From: Candidatus Poribacteria bacterium
Lineage (GTDB): Bacteria; Poribacteria; WGA-4E; JAJDTR01
Assembly (NCBI GenBank): GCA_965222225.1
Contig: CBDCTK010000002.1
Coordinates: 704,001-768,000 of the forward strand
Direction: 5' to 3'
Length of the DNA: 64,000 nt
A program made the translations under genes and the position numbers. Of the stretch, positions 20,117 to 30,656 are shown one piece after another. Positions within the stretch are counted from its first letter, which is position 1, and the number at the start of each line of letters is the position of its first letter. The notes beneath the pieces are model-generated. The model did no database searches. It saw nothing but the letters and a program-made list of their open reading frames with translations, and was not told the DNA's origin.

Positions 20117-21811
20117 ATGAAATCGGACGATTCGACAGGCATCATGAGGGGATTGACGAATTACGGCGATCCGGAGTTTAGCGTCTATATCCGCAGAGCA
20201 TTCGCCAAAGCGATGGGTTACGCGAACCATGAGCTTGAACGACCCATCATCGGTATCATCGACACATCAAGTGGCTTCAACAGTTGTCATCACAACTTTC
20301 CGGATTTGATTGAAGCTGTGAAAAGGGGAGTTTTATCCCAAGGTGGGCTTCCGATGGTATTCCCGACAATATCGCTCGGAGAGATGTTCACCGCACCGAC
20401 AACCATGATGTTCCGAAACCTGATGGCAATGGACACCGAGGAGATGATTCGTGCCCAACCGATGGATGGCGTCGTGTTGCTGGGAGGATGCGACAAAACA
20501 GTTCCCGCACAGTTAATGGGCGCCGTGAGCGCTGATCTCCCCGCTATCTCATTAGTGGCTGGTCCAATGATAACAGGCGACTATCAGGGCAAACGACTCG
20601 GTGCCTGTACAGATTGCCGTCGTTTTTGGCGCGACTACCGTGCAGGTGCGCTGGATTCTCAGGAAATTAGCGCTGTCGAAGACCGGCTCTGCGCAACAAC
20701 CGGCACATGCATGGTGATGGGAACCGCAAGCACCATGGCGGCGTTGGCAGAGGCTCTTGGCATGATGCTGCCGGGCGGCGCGTCGCCTCCAGCAGTGATG
20801 GCGGATCGCCGTCGTCAAGCGGAAGCGACAGGACGAACGATTGTGTCAATGATTCGGAAGAATCTTCGTCCCTCACGAATTTTAACACCCAACGCCTTTG
20901 AAAATGCAATCCGCGTCCTCATGGCGATAGGTGGTTCGACCAATGCGGTTATTCATCTAACGGCGATAGCGAAGCGTCTGGGAATCTCACTCGGACTGAA
21001 GCACTTCAACAAATTCAGCGATGAGACACCACTGCTAGTAAACGTCAAACCGAATGGTCGATACTACATGGAGGACCTTTGGAAGGCTGGTGGCATTCCG
21101 GTCGTCATGAAGGAGTTGGAAGATTTGCTCCACGGTAACGCGCTGACCGCTTTGGGTACTACCGTCTCAGAAAATCTGGCGAGCACACCGCATCCCCCGG
21201 AATGGCAGGATGTGATTAAAACCCGCGAGCACCCGCTGGTAGAAATTGGCGGACTCGCCTGTTTGTTCGGAAACCTTGCTCCGGCTGGCGCGGTAATCAA
21301 ACGGTCTGCCGCTTCACCTCATTTGCTCAAGCACCGCGGAAGAGCTGTCGTTTTCAGATCTCTTGACGATCTGCATAACCGCATTGATGCGCCAAATCTA
21401 CAGGTCACCGAAGAAAGTGTGATTGTCCTTCAGAACGCGGGACCAATCGGTGGGCCAGGGATGCCTGAAGCGGGATACCTCCCTATTCCCAAGAAACTAC
21501 TGCGATCGGGGGTGAAGGATATCGTCCGAGTTTCCGATGCTCGAATGAGCGGAACAGCATTTGGCACCGTTGTGCTGCATATCACCCCGGAAGCCGCAGT
21601 CGGAGGACCATTGGCGTTAGTTCGGGATGGTGACATGATCGAACTTGACGTACCCCGTAACCGGCTTGAGTTGTTGGTGGCGGAAGAGATGCTTGCCAAG
21701 CGTCAAGCGGATCTAGTTCTTCCGGAGCCGCATTTCAAAAGGGGATATGGTAAACTTTACATAGATCATGTGCAACAGGCGGACCTCGGGTGTGACTTTG
21801 ACTTTCTGTAA
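20117..21811 (+). CDS. IlvD/Edd family dehydratase (probably sugar-acid type)
   Basis: FNSCH, GCDKT, GTCMVMGTA, GGSTNA, GGPGMPE, SDARMSGT; start could be 20048. Confidence 0.92.
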   Translation: MKSDDSTGIMRGLTNYGDPEFSVYIRRAFAKAMGYANHELERPIIGIIDTSSGFNSCHHNFPDLIEAVKRGVLSQGGLPMVFPTISLGEMFTAPTTMMFRNLMAMDTEEMIRAQPMDGVVLLGGCDKTVPAQLMGAVSADLPAISLVAGPMITGDYQGKRLGACTDCRRFWRDYRAGALDSQEISAVEDRLCATTGTCMVMGTASTMAALAEALGMMLPGGASPPAVMADRRRQAEATGRTIVSMIRKNLRPSRILTPNAFENAIRVLMAIGGSTNAVIHLTAIAKRLGISLGLKHFNKFSDETPLLVNVKPNGRYYMEDLWKAGGIPVVMKELEDLLHGNALTALGTTVSENLASTPHPPEWQDVIKTREHPLVEIGGLACLFGNLAPAGAVIKRSAASPHLLKHRGRAVVFRSLDDLHNRIDAPNLQVTEESVIVLQNAGPIGGPGMPEAGYLPIPKKLLRSGVKDIVRVSDARMSGTAFGTVVLHITPEAAVGGPLALVRDGDMIELDVPRNRLELLVAEEMLAKRQADLVLPEPHFKRGYGKLYIDHVQQADLGCDFDFL

Positions 21812-22264
21812 GCAACAATTGGACATGATTAATGCTAGATGATTCCCTGCTTGACAGAACACCATGCGACAGACATTACGCGAGGAGCGTCGGAAAGCCG
21901 CTGGGACAAAGCCGACCTCGGATGGGAGGCAGATCGTGTCTTCATTGCCCACAAATCGTGGGGTTTAAAGATTGAATAAAATCTCGTCTTTCGGTGCCAT
22001 CGTCTGGGACATCATCGAAGGCATTCCAAACATTGGTGGTGCGCCGTTCAATCCTGCCCCACATACCGAAAATGCGGTTTGTCTTCCTATATGCCCGCCT
22101 GTCTTGGCCGTGACGAACTCGGAAAGTGAAGTCTGGCTGAAATAGAACGGCTTGGGTTAAGCGTACGTATGTGCAGTTTGACCCGGAGTATCCAACCCCC
22201 ACCGTGGTAATCACCTTAGGGTGTTTTATATACCTGTCCTAGATTCCAGTTGATAGTCCAGCGT

Positions 22265-23350
22265 CTAGCTCACAAATAGTACCTGCACATACTCAGCCGG
22301 TTTCTTGTCGATAAACTCGTCCCACGCCTGCACCAAATCGTTGAGCGGGAAGCGATGGCTAATCAGTTGCTTCGCCTTCAGCTTGTCCTGCACCATCAGA
22401 TTCATCAGGTACATATGATCCTCGCTTAAGGGGGCGTTCAGTTTAGGAGGCATGCCCCGTCGTCTACCATCCCCTCTCATGCCCCTCGTCTGCAGTCGGC
22501 GGCGTCCAACTCGCCAGTCGCCGATCTGTCCCGAATGACACACAACCATCTCAAGTCCCTTGGGCGTGAAGGCGTCTGACATATTAAACTGGCAAGCATC
22601 CAGAATCCAACCGATGACGACAATCTTGCCTCCGCCTGCGGCTGCGTCGCAGCTTTGGAGAAACGCTTTCGGCGAACCGGAGGACTCGACCACCACATCG
22701 GCGCCCCTGCCATCGGTAAATTCCTCAATGCGTCCGAGCACATCGTCCGTGCGGGGATTCAGCATCAGATCAGCCCCCATCTGTTGGGCGATCTCCAGCC
22801 TCATATCATAGATGTCGGTGACGATGACCTGATAAGCGCCGGCGAGTTTACACAGTTGTGCGGCAAAACTTCCAATAGGACCTTGCCCGGTGACAAATAC
22901 TGTATCTCCAAGGATGATTTCCGCTCCCCGTGCGCCCTTAAGTCCAACCTCGGCTTGCAGGAGCATTGTCGCAGATTCTGCGTCTAATCCTTCGGGGAGC
23001 GGAATCAGATCTGATGGTGTCAAGACCGAGAGCTCCGCCGTGAGTTTCTGGCTGTACACCAGTCGGCCAACCTCGACTTCCTGTACGTTTGCTCCGGCCT
23101 CTTCAATCCGGCCGACGCCGTAGGCAAAGCCCTGTAGCCAAGGATAGGGGAAAGGACCTCCGCTCTCGTTGCGACTGAAGGGTGCCACTCCAATCTCCTC
23201 TCCTCGATACCGATGGATAGCTGTACCTTGGCTGGGAGCGGTACACACGTGTCTGACCAGAACAGTCTCGGGGGTCAGGTGGATCTCCTGTTCACGATAC
23301 TCAATTGTGCGAGGTGCGACTAACCATGGACGTATGACTTTCATAGTCAC
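22265..23350 (-). CDS. MDR superfamily dehydrogenase
   Basis: GQGPIG Rossmann motif and GRGADVVVESSG. Confidence 0.85.
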   Translation of the reverse strand: MTMKVIRPWLVAPRTIEYREQEIHLTPETVLVRHVCTAPSQGTAIHRYRGEEIGVAPFSRNESGGPFPYPWLQGFAYGVGRIEEAGANVQEVEVGRLVYSQKLTAELSVLTPSDLIPLPEGLDAESATMLLQAEVGLKGARGAEIILGDTVFVTGQGPIGSFAAQLCKLAGAYQVIVTDIYDMRLEIAQQMGADLMLNPRTDDVLGRIEEFTDGRGADVVVESSGSPKAFLQSCDAAAGGGKIVVIGWILDACQFNMSDAFTPKGLEMVVCHSGQIGDWRVGRRRLQTRGMRGDGRRRGMPPKLNAPLSEDHMYLMNLMVQDKLKAKQLISHRFPLNDLVQAWDEFIDKKPAEYVQVLFVS

Positions 23351-23561
23351 GATTCCTCCTCAATATGTGCTCATGTCATGGGCTTATTTGCCTGCGTTGC
23401 GCCGTAGCCAGCGAAACCGTTCAGGTGAGTCGTACAAACCGGCAATTTGCGTTACAAGTTTGCGGCGTGATTTACCAATCCACGCCGATTATGTGCGGAA
23501 CGGAGTTGTGAACGACTGAATATAGGTACATTTTTGGTCACCTTTCACAATTAGCCTTATA

Positions 23562-25196
23562 TTACTCAACGGCCACATCCAGAAATATAATCTCACACAA
23601 CTCGCCTTTGACTAACGTGATTTCAATCGTGTTGATTCCGTCTTTCAGAAGGCCCACAGGCACAATCCAAGCGCGAAGTTCTTCAGGCTTTCCTAACATC
23701 GGCGGATATGGATTCGGATAAGGTTCTGAAACATCACCCGTCGCGTTCAAATCAACGCCATTGAAGCGGGCCCGCCATCGGCTGTCTCCAAGAGACTGCC
23801 GGCCCTGGATGCGAAGCCTTGCGTCCATCTTCCAGCTATCTGCGGGTGACGCCATATCTATGGTAAATGAGACGGTTTCGCCGGGTTCAAACTGCTTTGG
23901 CAAATGGCTATTGACGTAGCCACGGCTGCTAAGAAAATAATGCTGCGGCTGACGGGCAAGCCATTGGGCATCACCAATTTGCCTGAAAATGTGAAATGGC
24001 GGCTCGTTGAATGGCCCCCGGCCAGGTATCCCGTGCTCACGGTAGTAAACGAAATTAAAGGCGCTGACGCCATCGGCGCCCCGCGCATAAGCCAAGTGCG
24101 CAGCCGTATAGAACTGCTCAATGGTGCTCCGACGAAACAGGTAGTTGTCGCCTCCACTTTTCGTCAGACGAGTCCCGGTCATCGTAGCGTGCGTCATTTC
24201 AAGGTAAATCGCAGCATTCGGAGCCAGCTTTCGGATGGCGGCCAGATCAGTCTGCTGCTCGGTGAAGTAGGAGATCGACAGATTCAGCATGTCCACGCCA
24301 GCGTCAACGAACGAAGGCAGATTGATGCCGAGGGCATCATATTCCGACAGATAGGCGGGTATTCGGGCGCATAACCAGCGATGTTGTCCCGGCTGAGCTG
24401 TTCGATTGAGTAATTTCCGCACTTGTCTTACGAATCCGGTTATGATTTGGACACGCTCTTCGCTCGTCGTCTCGTCGAGGTTGAAGAACTGTGGGTGACG
24501 CATGAAGTCCAGCTCAAACCCATCAATGTCGTAATTCTGGCAAATCTCGGAGATGAGCGAGAACTTATAACCCCGCACTTGGGGAATTGCCCAGTTCTGC
24601 ACGCTGCGACCCCCATCCCTAGGTTCAAGTCGGTATTGGGGATATTCGGCATAAAAACGGCAGATCGCGTGAATGCCCCGCGTGTTCTTCGGCGCGTTGA
24701 CGTGATTCAAGTGATGGGCATCGTTAAGTCGGAGCGAGATAAATGGCGCCAATCCTCGCTCTCGGCAGCGTTTAACGAAGACGCTCAGCACATCCCCGCC
24801 CTTGAGCAGGTAGTTGTGGACACTCAGATGTGGCGCTACACCGTAATGTTCCCGCCACCATTTGTGGTGTTCTTCGATGGAATATACTTCGCTCTGCCAC
24901 CACGGCACCCATCCATGTGCCGGCTGCAACATGTGCACTTCAATACCGATTCCCGTGGTTTCATCCACTGTGGCCTTGAGGTCCTCTTCCCGGAACGGTT
25001 CCCCTTTTTTGTGATAGGGACTGACACATGTCAAGATGTTTGTTGTATCGTTGCTGAACAGCACATGAAAGGGGGCTTTTGCTCTCTTCAATTTCTCCTC
25101 CTTTGTTGGCTCATCTGCGTATCCGATAACGGGCAACAGAATCAGTGCCATAAAGATTAGCCATGTAATCATCATGAATGAGAGTCTGTCATGCAT
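23562..25196 (-). CDS. Secreted glycoside-hydrolase-like TIM-barrel protein (GHL10/DUF187-like)
   Basis: Signal peptide; SLRLNDAH and YDIDGFELDFMRHP motifs; C-terminal beta domain LKDGINTIEI. Confidence 0.7.
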   Translation of the reverse strand: MHDRLSFMMITWLIFMALILLPVIGYADEPTKEEKLKRAKAPFHVLFSNDTTNILTCVSPYHKKGEPFREEDLKATVDETTGIGIEVHMLQPAHGWVPWWQSEVYSIEEHHKWWREHYGVAPHLSVHNYLLKGGDVLSVFVKRCRERGLAPFISLRLNDAHHLNHVNAPKNTRGIHAICRFYAEYPQYRLEPRDGGRSVQNWAIPQVRGYKFSLISEICQNYDIDGFELDFMRHPQFFNLDETTSEERVQIITGFVRQVRKLLNRTAQPGQHRWLCARIPAYLSEYDALGINLPSFVDAGVDMLNLSISYFTEQQTDLAAIRKLAPNAAIYLEMTHATMTGTRLTKSGGDNYLFRRSTIEQFYTAAHLAYARGADGVSAFNFVYYREHGIPGRGPFNEPPFHIFRQIGDAQWLARQPQHYFLSSRGYVNSHLPKQFEPGETVSFTIDMASPADSWKMDARLRIQGRQSLGDSRWRARFNGVDLNATGDVSEPYPNPYPPMLGKPEELRAWIVPVGLLKDGINTIEITLVKGELCEIIFLDVAVE

Positions 25197-25387
25197 TCCA
25201 ACTGTTGGAAGCCGGGTTATAGACCTTTATAGAAAATTGCGGCGAAGAGCGATGTGCAAGTGGATTCTGAGTTCATCCGAATCAACCACTTTACGCCTAC
25301 ATTTCGCAAAGTTCCGCCCGACGCACATCGGCAACGAACCTGGACGGAGCCGATTCATTTATGGTCTCAAGATTGACAGTGGCGAAT

Positions 25388-25428
25388 AAAAAACGGGGAA
25401 CATCCCATCCCGCTGGATATTCCCCGTT
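25388..25428 (-). terminator. Intrinsic terminator after the LamG pair
   Basis: aacggggaacatcc...ggatattccccgtt stem followed by a T-tract on the minus strand. Confidence 0.65.
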
Positions 25429-25481
25429 GTGATTACTGAATCTAACGTAAAACCGGATTGAACCCTTCGGCAACTCAACGG

Positions 25482-26252
25482 CTACTTTCCGCCGGTTTTC
25501 AGGCCTCCCCATGTGATTGCCAACTTGCCTTGTGCCTCAACGGATGTCAGCGCGCCGAACTCGTTGGCAACATCTGCTGCTGTCAAGGCTTCATCATAGA
25601 GCTTTACGTCATCAATCGATCCCGGGAACATGTGCCCAATCCGGAATACGCCTTTCCGCTCTGCGATTGCGCCAGTCGCATCTACTCTGCCGGTTTCGAC
25701 GCCATCCTCATACAGGGCAAACTCACTTTCATCATAGGTACATGCCAGATGATACCACTCGCCCTCATTCCATATATCTCGCTTCGTAAAAAGGGAGCCT
25801 TTGGGGATGTCACCGAGTGTATCGATCCAGACTCGGATTGAATTCGGCGGCCCCAGAGGCTCATCCGCTACAGGCGTTTTGTTGAAAGCAAACATCGGTC
25901 CCACGCCATAGTAAACAATATTTGCTCTCGGATCGCCAAGACCGAGTTCTTTTGACGGTCTCATCCAGAACATACAACTCATCGGCGAAGGCGCCAAACC
26001 CGGAGCGTTTCCGGCATCAACCCAGCCGGTCGCGCCATCAAATTCAAGCGCTTCACCGGAGATGCCTTCAACCCATTGAGCCTCGCCGTTGAGGATTCCG
26101 TCGTTACCGTTTCCCGTCGCGTCATCCGTATCCCCATCAAGGGGCCAATGCGCCACCAGACCTGCTTCAGCGGGATTGATAACGCTGAATGAAAAGATCA
26201 GTGAAACGGACAATAAAACCACCAAAAGCACTATCCAATTGCTGCGACACAT
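25482..26252 (-). CDS. Secreted LamG/concanavalin-like domain protein
   Basis: Signal peptide, LVAHWPLDG, ALEFDG, WYHLACTYD, GSIDDVKLYD; C-terminus SVEAQGKLAITWGGLK. Confidence 0.9.
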   Translation of the reverse strand: MCRSNWIVLLVVLLSVSLIFSFSVINPAEAGLVAHWPLDGDTDDATGNGNDGILNGEAQWVEGISGEALEFDGATGWVDAGNAPGLAPSPMSCMFWMRPSKELGLGDPRANIVYYGVGPMFAFNKTPVADEPLGPPNSIRVWIDTLGDIPKGSLFTKRDIWNEGEWYHLACTYDESEFALYEDGVETGRVDATGAIAERKGVFRIGHMFPGSIDDVKLYDEALTAADVANEFGALTSVEAQGKLAITWGGLKTGGK

Positions 26253-26546
26253 GATTGGAACTCCTTGTAATGTTGACAGTGATGGACACGTCCTTTATTT
26301 GGACGCGCCCCGTTGGTTAGAAATGACAACACTGTCCAATGAGTGTTGCCGGGTTGATGGCAGAAGGTTGCTCTTTCGACAGTCCACTTCAGTGGCACAT
26401 AACCTTTCAGCCACCACAGAAACTCTTGGTTTGTCGCCTTCCGTAAAGGTGTAATAGCCATGCCCTGATCCGCGATGGGCAATTTGGGTTCAAACCTCAT
26501 CCTACGACACAGCGATTTCCCCTGAACGATTGCAGTTGACGAAATA

Positions 26547-27296
26547 CTAATTTTGTCCGGTTTTAATCAATCCCCACGCGGTTGTGAATTTTCCATGCGG
26601 TTCAACGGCTAACCCGCCCAAAGCAAGAATTTCCTTGTCGCTCAACGCGCGGTCATAGAGCTTTACCTCATCAATCGAACCGGCGAAGGGTTTGGCGATC
26701 CGAAATTCGCTTGTTCGTGCTCCGATGGCGCCAGTTGCTTTGACCCGGCCGGTTTCCTTCCCGTCCTCATACAGCACCAGCTCTTTCTCATCATAGGTAC
26801 ATGCCAGATGATACCATACGCCCGCTTTCCATTCATCTCGCTTCGTAAAAAGGGTGCCTTTGGGAAAATTGCCGACCGTATCGACCCAACATCGAATCGT
26901 GTTTTTTGGCCCTGTCGGCTCATTGGCCACGGGCTGCTTGTTGAAAGCAAACATCGGCCCCTTCGCCTGGTAGACTATGTTGAATCTCGGATCTCTGGGT
27001 CCCAGATTGTGTGAAGGACTCATCCAGAACATACAACTCATCGGTGAAACCTCGAGGCTAGGTTTTCGCCCACCGTTCATCCATTCGGCTCCGCCATCAA
27101 ACTCCGCCGCTTGTCCGACGACACCGTCAACGAACTTGGCGCCCTGAATGATACCATCGTGACCATTGCCGGAAGCATCTTTGGCATTCCCGTCCATAGA
27201 CCAGTAGGCGACCAGACCTTTCTCCGCCGCATCCGCGAGATCCAGGTATAAAAACGAAATGGATAAGCAAAAGCATAAAAAAATTTGCCGACCCAT
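26547..27296 (-). CDS. Secreted LamG domain protein (tandem paralog)
   Basis: Same motifs with near-identical core DNA; C-terminus AVEPHGKFTTAWGLIK; ATG at 27296 follows a GGAGG RBS. Confidence 0.9.
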   Translation of the reverse strand: MGRQIFLCFCLSISFLYLDLADAAEKGLVAYWSMDGNAKDASGNGHDGIIQGAKFVDGVVGQAAEFDGGAEWMNGGRKPSLEVSPMSCMFWMSPSHNLGPRDPRFNIVYQAKGPMFAFNKQPVANEPTGPKNTIRCWVDTVGNFPKGTLFTKRDEWKAGVWYHLACTYDEKELVLYEDGKETGRVKATGAIGARTSEFRIAKPFAGSIDEVKLYDRALSDKEILALGGLAVEPHGKFTTAWGLIKTGQN

Positions 27297-27531
27297 GATT
27301 ATACCTCCAATCTTCCCGTTAATGTGAATGATTCGGATCAGTAAAATTGCTCTGCGTCCACTCAATTCCGACATGTGGATATGACATCCTATTTCACATT
27401 TCCCCTCTTGTCAAGGCAAAAACACCGAAAATCATGGGGACGACTCATAATTATCGAGCGGCGAGTCGTGGCGTAGGTTTCTAACCTGCGTTGCCGATAA
27501 TTACAGATTTGGAAAACCGGGTTGAATATCG

Positions 27532-29460
27532 CTACCACAAAAACTTGTACATCGGCTTTCCAAGGGCTATGCCGAAAAGACTCCAGAAACTCCCGGCGAC
27601 GAATTCACCGAGTATGATTCCCAGAAAGAAAGGGATGGATTTTCGATGCGTTTTCAATCCACCGGATTTGAGAATGATTGACTTTGCCAACCAACTGATA
27701 AAGATTGAAAACCAAAACCCCCGCACGGAGTAACTGGCTGCGACCGCATAACCAGCAGGGTGCAAGGGCCAAAAGAGAAAGCGCATTCTCATCATCATCA
27801 AAAAAAGTGAGAACAAGAAACCGGCGCCCATAGCAACGGTCGCCGCGTAGTCTGGTTGCGAAGGATAATAAAGCCAACTTCTCAGGCGATTGAAAGCATG
27901 AATCCCCCGCCCTCTTGTATTCAACCCAACAAACTGATACTGGGCGTCCAGATACGACCAAAAGAACGCCAATGCGCCAATCACAGTCGCTAACACCATA
28001 GCGAGGAATAACCCGGAGTTGCTGATTCTTGATCGCTCTGCGATTTTGAATCCCTCAAGCTGATGCGGCATCGGATGGGGTCTATACGCCCTGTTGAAAA
28101 ACCGAAAAAAAGAAAACATCGTCAGGTTATGAGGACCAAAACGGCGCGTGCCTATCGCCCCTGTTATCATTTCAGCCAGACCGGAATCATGAAAATCGTG
28201 TACGGGAGAACCCAGTTCGGCTCTCATCCGGGTAATGGCGATGGACATGGCGAAATATAACGTGAAGAAGACAAAAATCGCCCCAATCGACATCCCTGCC
28301 CTTAAACAAAAGAACGTTATGAAACTCATCCCCAAAGCTATTCCTGAAAAGGCAGATTTGTATCTTATGGCCTCAGTCGAGTCATCAAGCGGAGATCGGC
28401 TTGAGAATACGGTTAGAATTACCTTCTTTAGGTGGCTTCTGCTCACCCAAAGGGCAATGGCGCACAGTCCGATCAGTCCGCCGAACGCCTGTTCGCCGAA
28501 ATAGGGAAACCGGGGGAGGTCTCCGAGTCCGAGGTAACTTGCGAAAACAGACTGTAACTTCCAAAAGAGAAAGAAGAACCAGAAGGAAAATGACAGATCT
28601 AGGGGGATAAAAAAAACAAGCCCGACGATAGAAGGTATAACCATCACCGGCATCGAACCGATCGCGCTCCACGGTTTTTCGGTGAAGAATCTTCCCAGGT
28701 CTAATCCACGTCCTGTCTTCTCATAGAGTTCACCGCCTAAGCTGGGCACGAGGGGAAAGAGATGGTGCAATCCATTAACGATATTCACTAGAAATGCAAT
28801 CCCAAAGCCCAACCACATAAGTCGATTAACAAAAAAACCCGATTGCTCGCGCGTCATCTCAAACGGCAATTGAATAATCGGATAGGTGAGCTTTTCCGCT
28901 TCGACCCATTGTTTCCTGACCACGACATTGATGCAAAGCATGATGAACAGAAGCGCGAAAAGAAAAGCGGACCACGCGAGTGCTGGAAACACCCAAGCTC
29001 TGACATGTCTAGCGGTGTATAGCGTTGATTCTCCATTGTAAAGGTTATCCAGAACGCTATTCTCTTCCACGGCAAGCCATCTCGGAATAAATCGCCAAAA
29101 TAGATTCCCCCACTCATTTTCTGGCGTTGCGAACGCAAATGGTGTGCTCATAATGCCGACCAAGCTCTGTATGATATCGAGACCGGCCAAAGAAGAAGCG
29201 ATAGATAACATGACGTAGACAACGAGGAGTTCGCCCTGACTGAGCGCAGAGGCCGGTAGGAATTTCTTGAGCGGAACATTGAACAGCGTCAAAAGGAACA
29301 GGCTGAAGACAACATTGTAGTAGAGCGAGATATTGGTCGTATATGACTGATCTGTCGCGCGTCCCATGCCGATCCAATAGCAGTTGGCGACGATGAGCAC
29401 GACGCCAATTGTTAGCGCACGTAGTAGAGATGGGAAAGTCTGTTTTCGGGTCTGTTTCAT
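27532..29460 (-). CDS. Polytopic membrane protein, DUF6785/DUF6784-like putative transporter
   Basis: Many TM helices; RKQWVEAEKLTYPIIQLP, RMRAELG, WPLHPAGY, PFFLGIILGE. Confidence 0.75.
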   Translation of the reverse strand: MKQTRKQTFPSLLRALTIGVVLIVANCYWIGMGRATDQSYTTNISLYYNVVFSLFLLTLFNVPLKKFLPASALSQGELLVVYVMLSIASSLAGLDIIQSLVGIMSTPFAFATPENEWGNLFWRFIPRWLAVEENSVLDNLYNGESTLYTARHVRAWVFPALAWSAFLFALLFIMLCINVVVRKQWVEAEKLTYPIIQLPFEMTREQSGFFVNRLMWLGFGIAFLVNIVNGLHHLFPLVPSLGGELYEKTGRGLDLGRFFTEKPWSAIGSMPVMVIPSIVGLVFFIPLDLSFSFWFFFLFWKLQSVFASYLGLGDLPRFPYFGEQAFGGLIGLCAIALWVSRSHLKKVILTVFSSRSPLDDSTEAIRYKSAFSGIALGMSFITFFCLRAGMSIGAIFVFFTLYFAMSIAITRMRAELGSPVHDFHDSGLAEMITGAIGTRRFGPHNLTMFSFFRFFNRAYRPHPMPHQLEGFKIAERSRISNSGLFLAMVLATVIGALAFFWSYLDAQYQFVGLNTRGRGIHAFNRLRSWLYYPSQPDYAATVAMGAGFLFSLFLMMMRMRFLFWPLHPAGYAVAASYSVRGFWFSIFISWLAKSIILKSGGLKTHRKSIPFFLGIILGEFVAGSFWSLFGIALGKPMYKFLW

Positions 29461-29542
29461 ACCGTCTGCCCCGACAAAAAGCACCGCATTTAGCGCGACA
29501 CTGTCCACCAGATTAGGAAAATTTATGATTTCAGATGCGCAC

Positions 29543-30400
29543 TTAAATTCGCGCTTCTTTCCGGCCGGTGCTCAAAGTCTGCCATGAGAACTCCGCAGCA
29601 AGCCAGGGGTCGTAGTTCGGCTTTCTGAAGATCATGCCGCTGATCTCAACTGTTATGCATCCACACCAATCCGCTTTGGCCATTGCCTGAAAATATGCCG
29701 CGTAGTCGAAGTCTCCCTCGCCTGGCAAGAGCCACTGTACTTTGCCAGCCACCATGCATCCATCTTTCACATGGGTGTGGATCGCCAGGGGAGCCAGTTT
29801 TGCGACGGTATCGGCCAAGGGATAGCCTGCCACAGCAAAGTGACTGATGTCGAAATTGAGTCGCACTGAAGGTGAGTTGATTCGCTGGATCAGCCAGACA
29901 GCGCGGTGCGGATGCTCCAGAATACTACCTACATGAGGCTCCACGGCAAAGCGAGTTCCCGCTTTTGCTATTAATTCGCCCACTTCTGCGATGCGGTCGG
30001 CAAGAGCTTCTCGATCCTTCTTCCAGGCCATAGCCCCGCCGCCCAGCGTGGTTGTCAACACGGGGATCTTATCGCTCACAGCCAGGTCGTTAGCCAGTTC
30101 AGCAGCCGCGCGGAATGCCTCAAGCTGCTGCTGATACTCCCGGGGATCAGCGGTCAACACCCGGCTCAAAAGCATTATAGAAGGAATCTCTAGATTAAGA
30201 TCGGAAATCATGGCGCGCAATTCAGCACGCCTTTCCCTCGAGAGTTTTTGGGGGGCAGTCGGGTAAGCTTCTCCCACACAGATTTCTAGCCCCTCATAGC
30301 CCATCTTTGACAGACGTGGCATCGCTGCCGTCAAATCTTCTTTGGGCATCCCGTAAGTTCCATAAGCGATCTTGAAACGTCTTTTCTGGTTTACGTTCAT
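29543..30400 (-). CDS. Sugar phosphate isomerase/epimerase (xylose-isomerase-like TIM barrel)
   Basis: GYEGLE, AVEPH, FDISH, HTHVKD, PGEG, TVE metal motifs. Confidence 0.9.
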   Translation of the reverse strand: MNVNQKRRFKIAYGTYGMPKEDLTAAMPRLSKMGYEGLEICVGEAYPTAPQKLSRERRAELRAMISDLNLEIPSIMLLSRVLTADPREYQQQLEAFRAAAELANDLAVSDKIPVLTTTLGGGAMAWKKDREALADRIAEVGELIAKAGTRFAVEPHVGSILEHPHRAVWLIQRINSPSVRLNFDISHFAVAGYPLADTVAKLAPLAIHTHVKDGCMVAGKVQWLLPGEGDFDYAAYFQAMAKADWCGCITVEISGMIFRKPNYDPWLAAEFSWQTLSTGRKEARI

Positions 30401-30588
30401 TATTAACCTCCGCTGTTATGCCACCTCCGTTTGACCTTGGCTACCCACCACTTGCAGAGTTCTCTCCGCCAATATCGTCAATTATTACCGATCGAGCAGT
30501 TGATGACGATGAGGACCGATCGAACATAATGTCTCTCGATTGTCATTGCCATTGATCTCTATCCATTTTCTTTTGCCAACGATGAAAC

Positions 30589-30625
30589 AAAAAAGCACCG
30601 ACATGAATCATGATCTGTGCTTTTT
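30589..30625. terminator. Intrinsic terminator (possibly bidirectional)
   Basis: aaaaaagcac...gtgcttttt hairpin just downstream of the stop at 30657. Confidence 0.55.
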
Positions 30626-30656
30626 GGATTGGAGGTGTTCCTTTTTAGTGATAAGG

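Noticed and set aside
21942-22214. 90-aa minus-strand ORF
   Set aside because: No recognisable motif or RBS; cannot be supported as a gene.
24423-25160. 245-aa plus-strand ORF
   Set aside because: Antisense shadow of the glycoside-hydrolase-like gene with no motifs.
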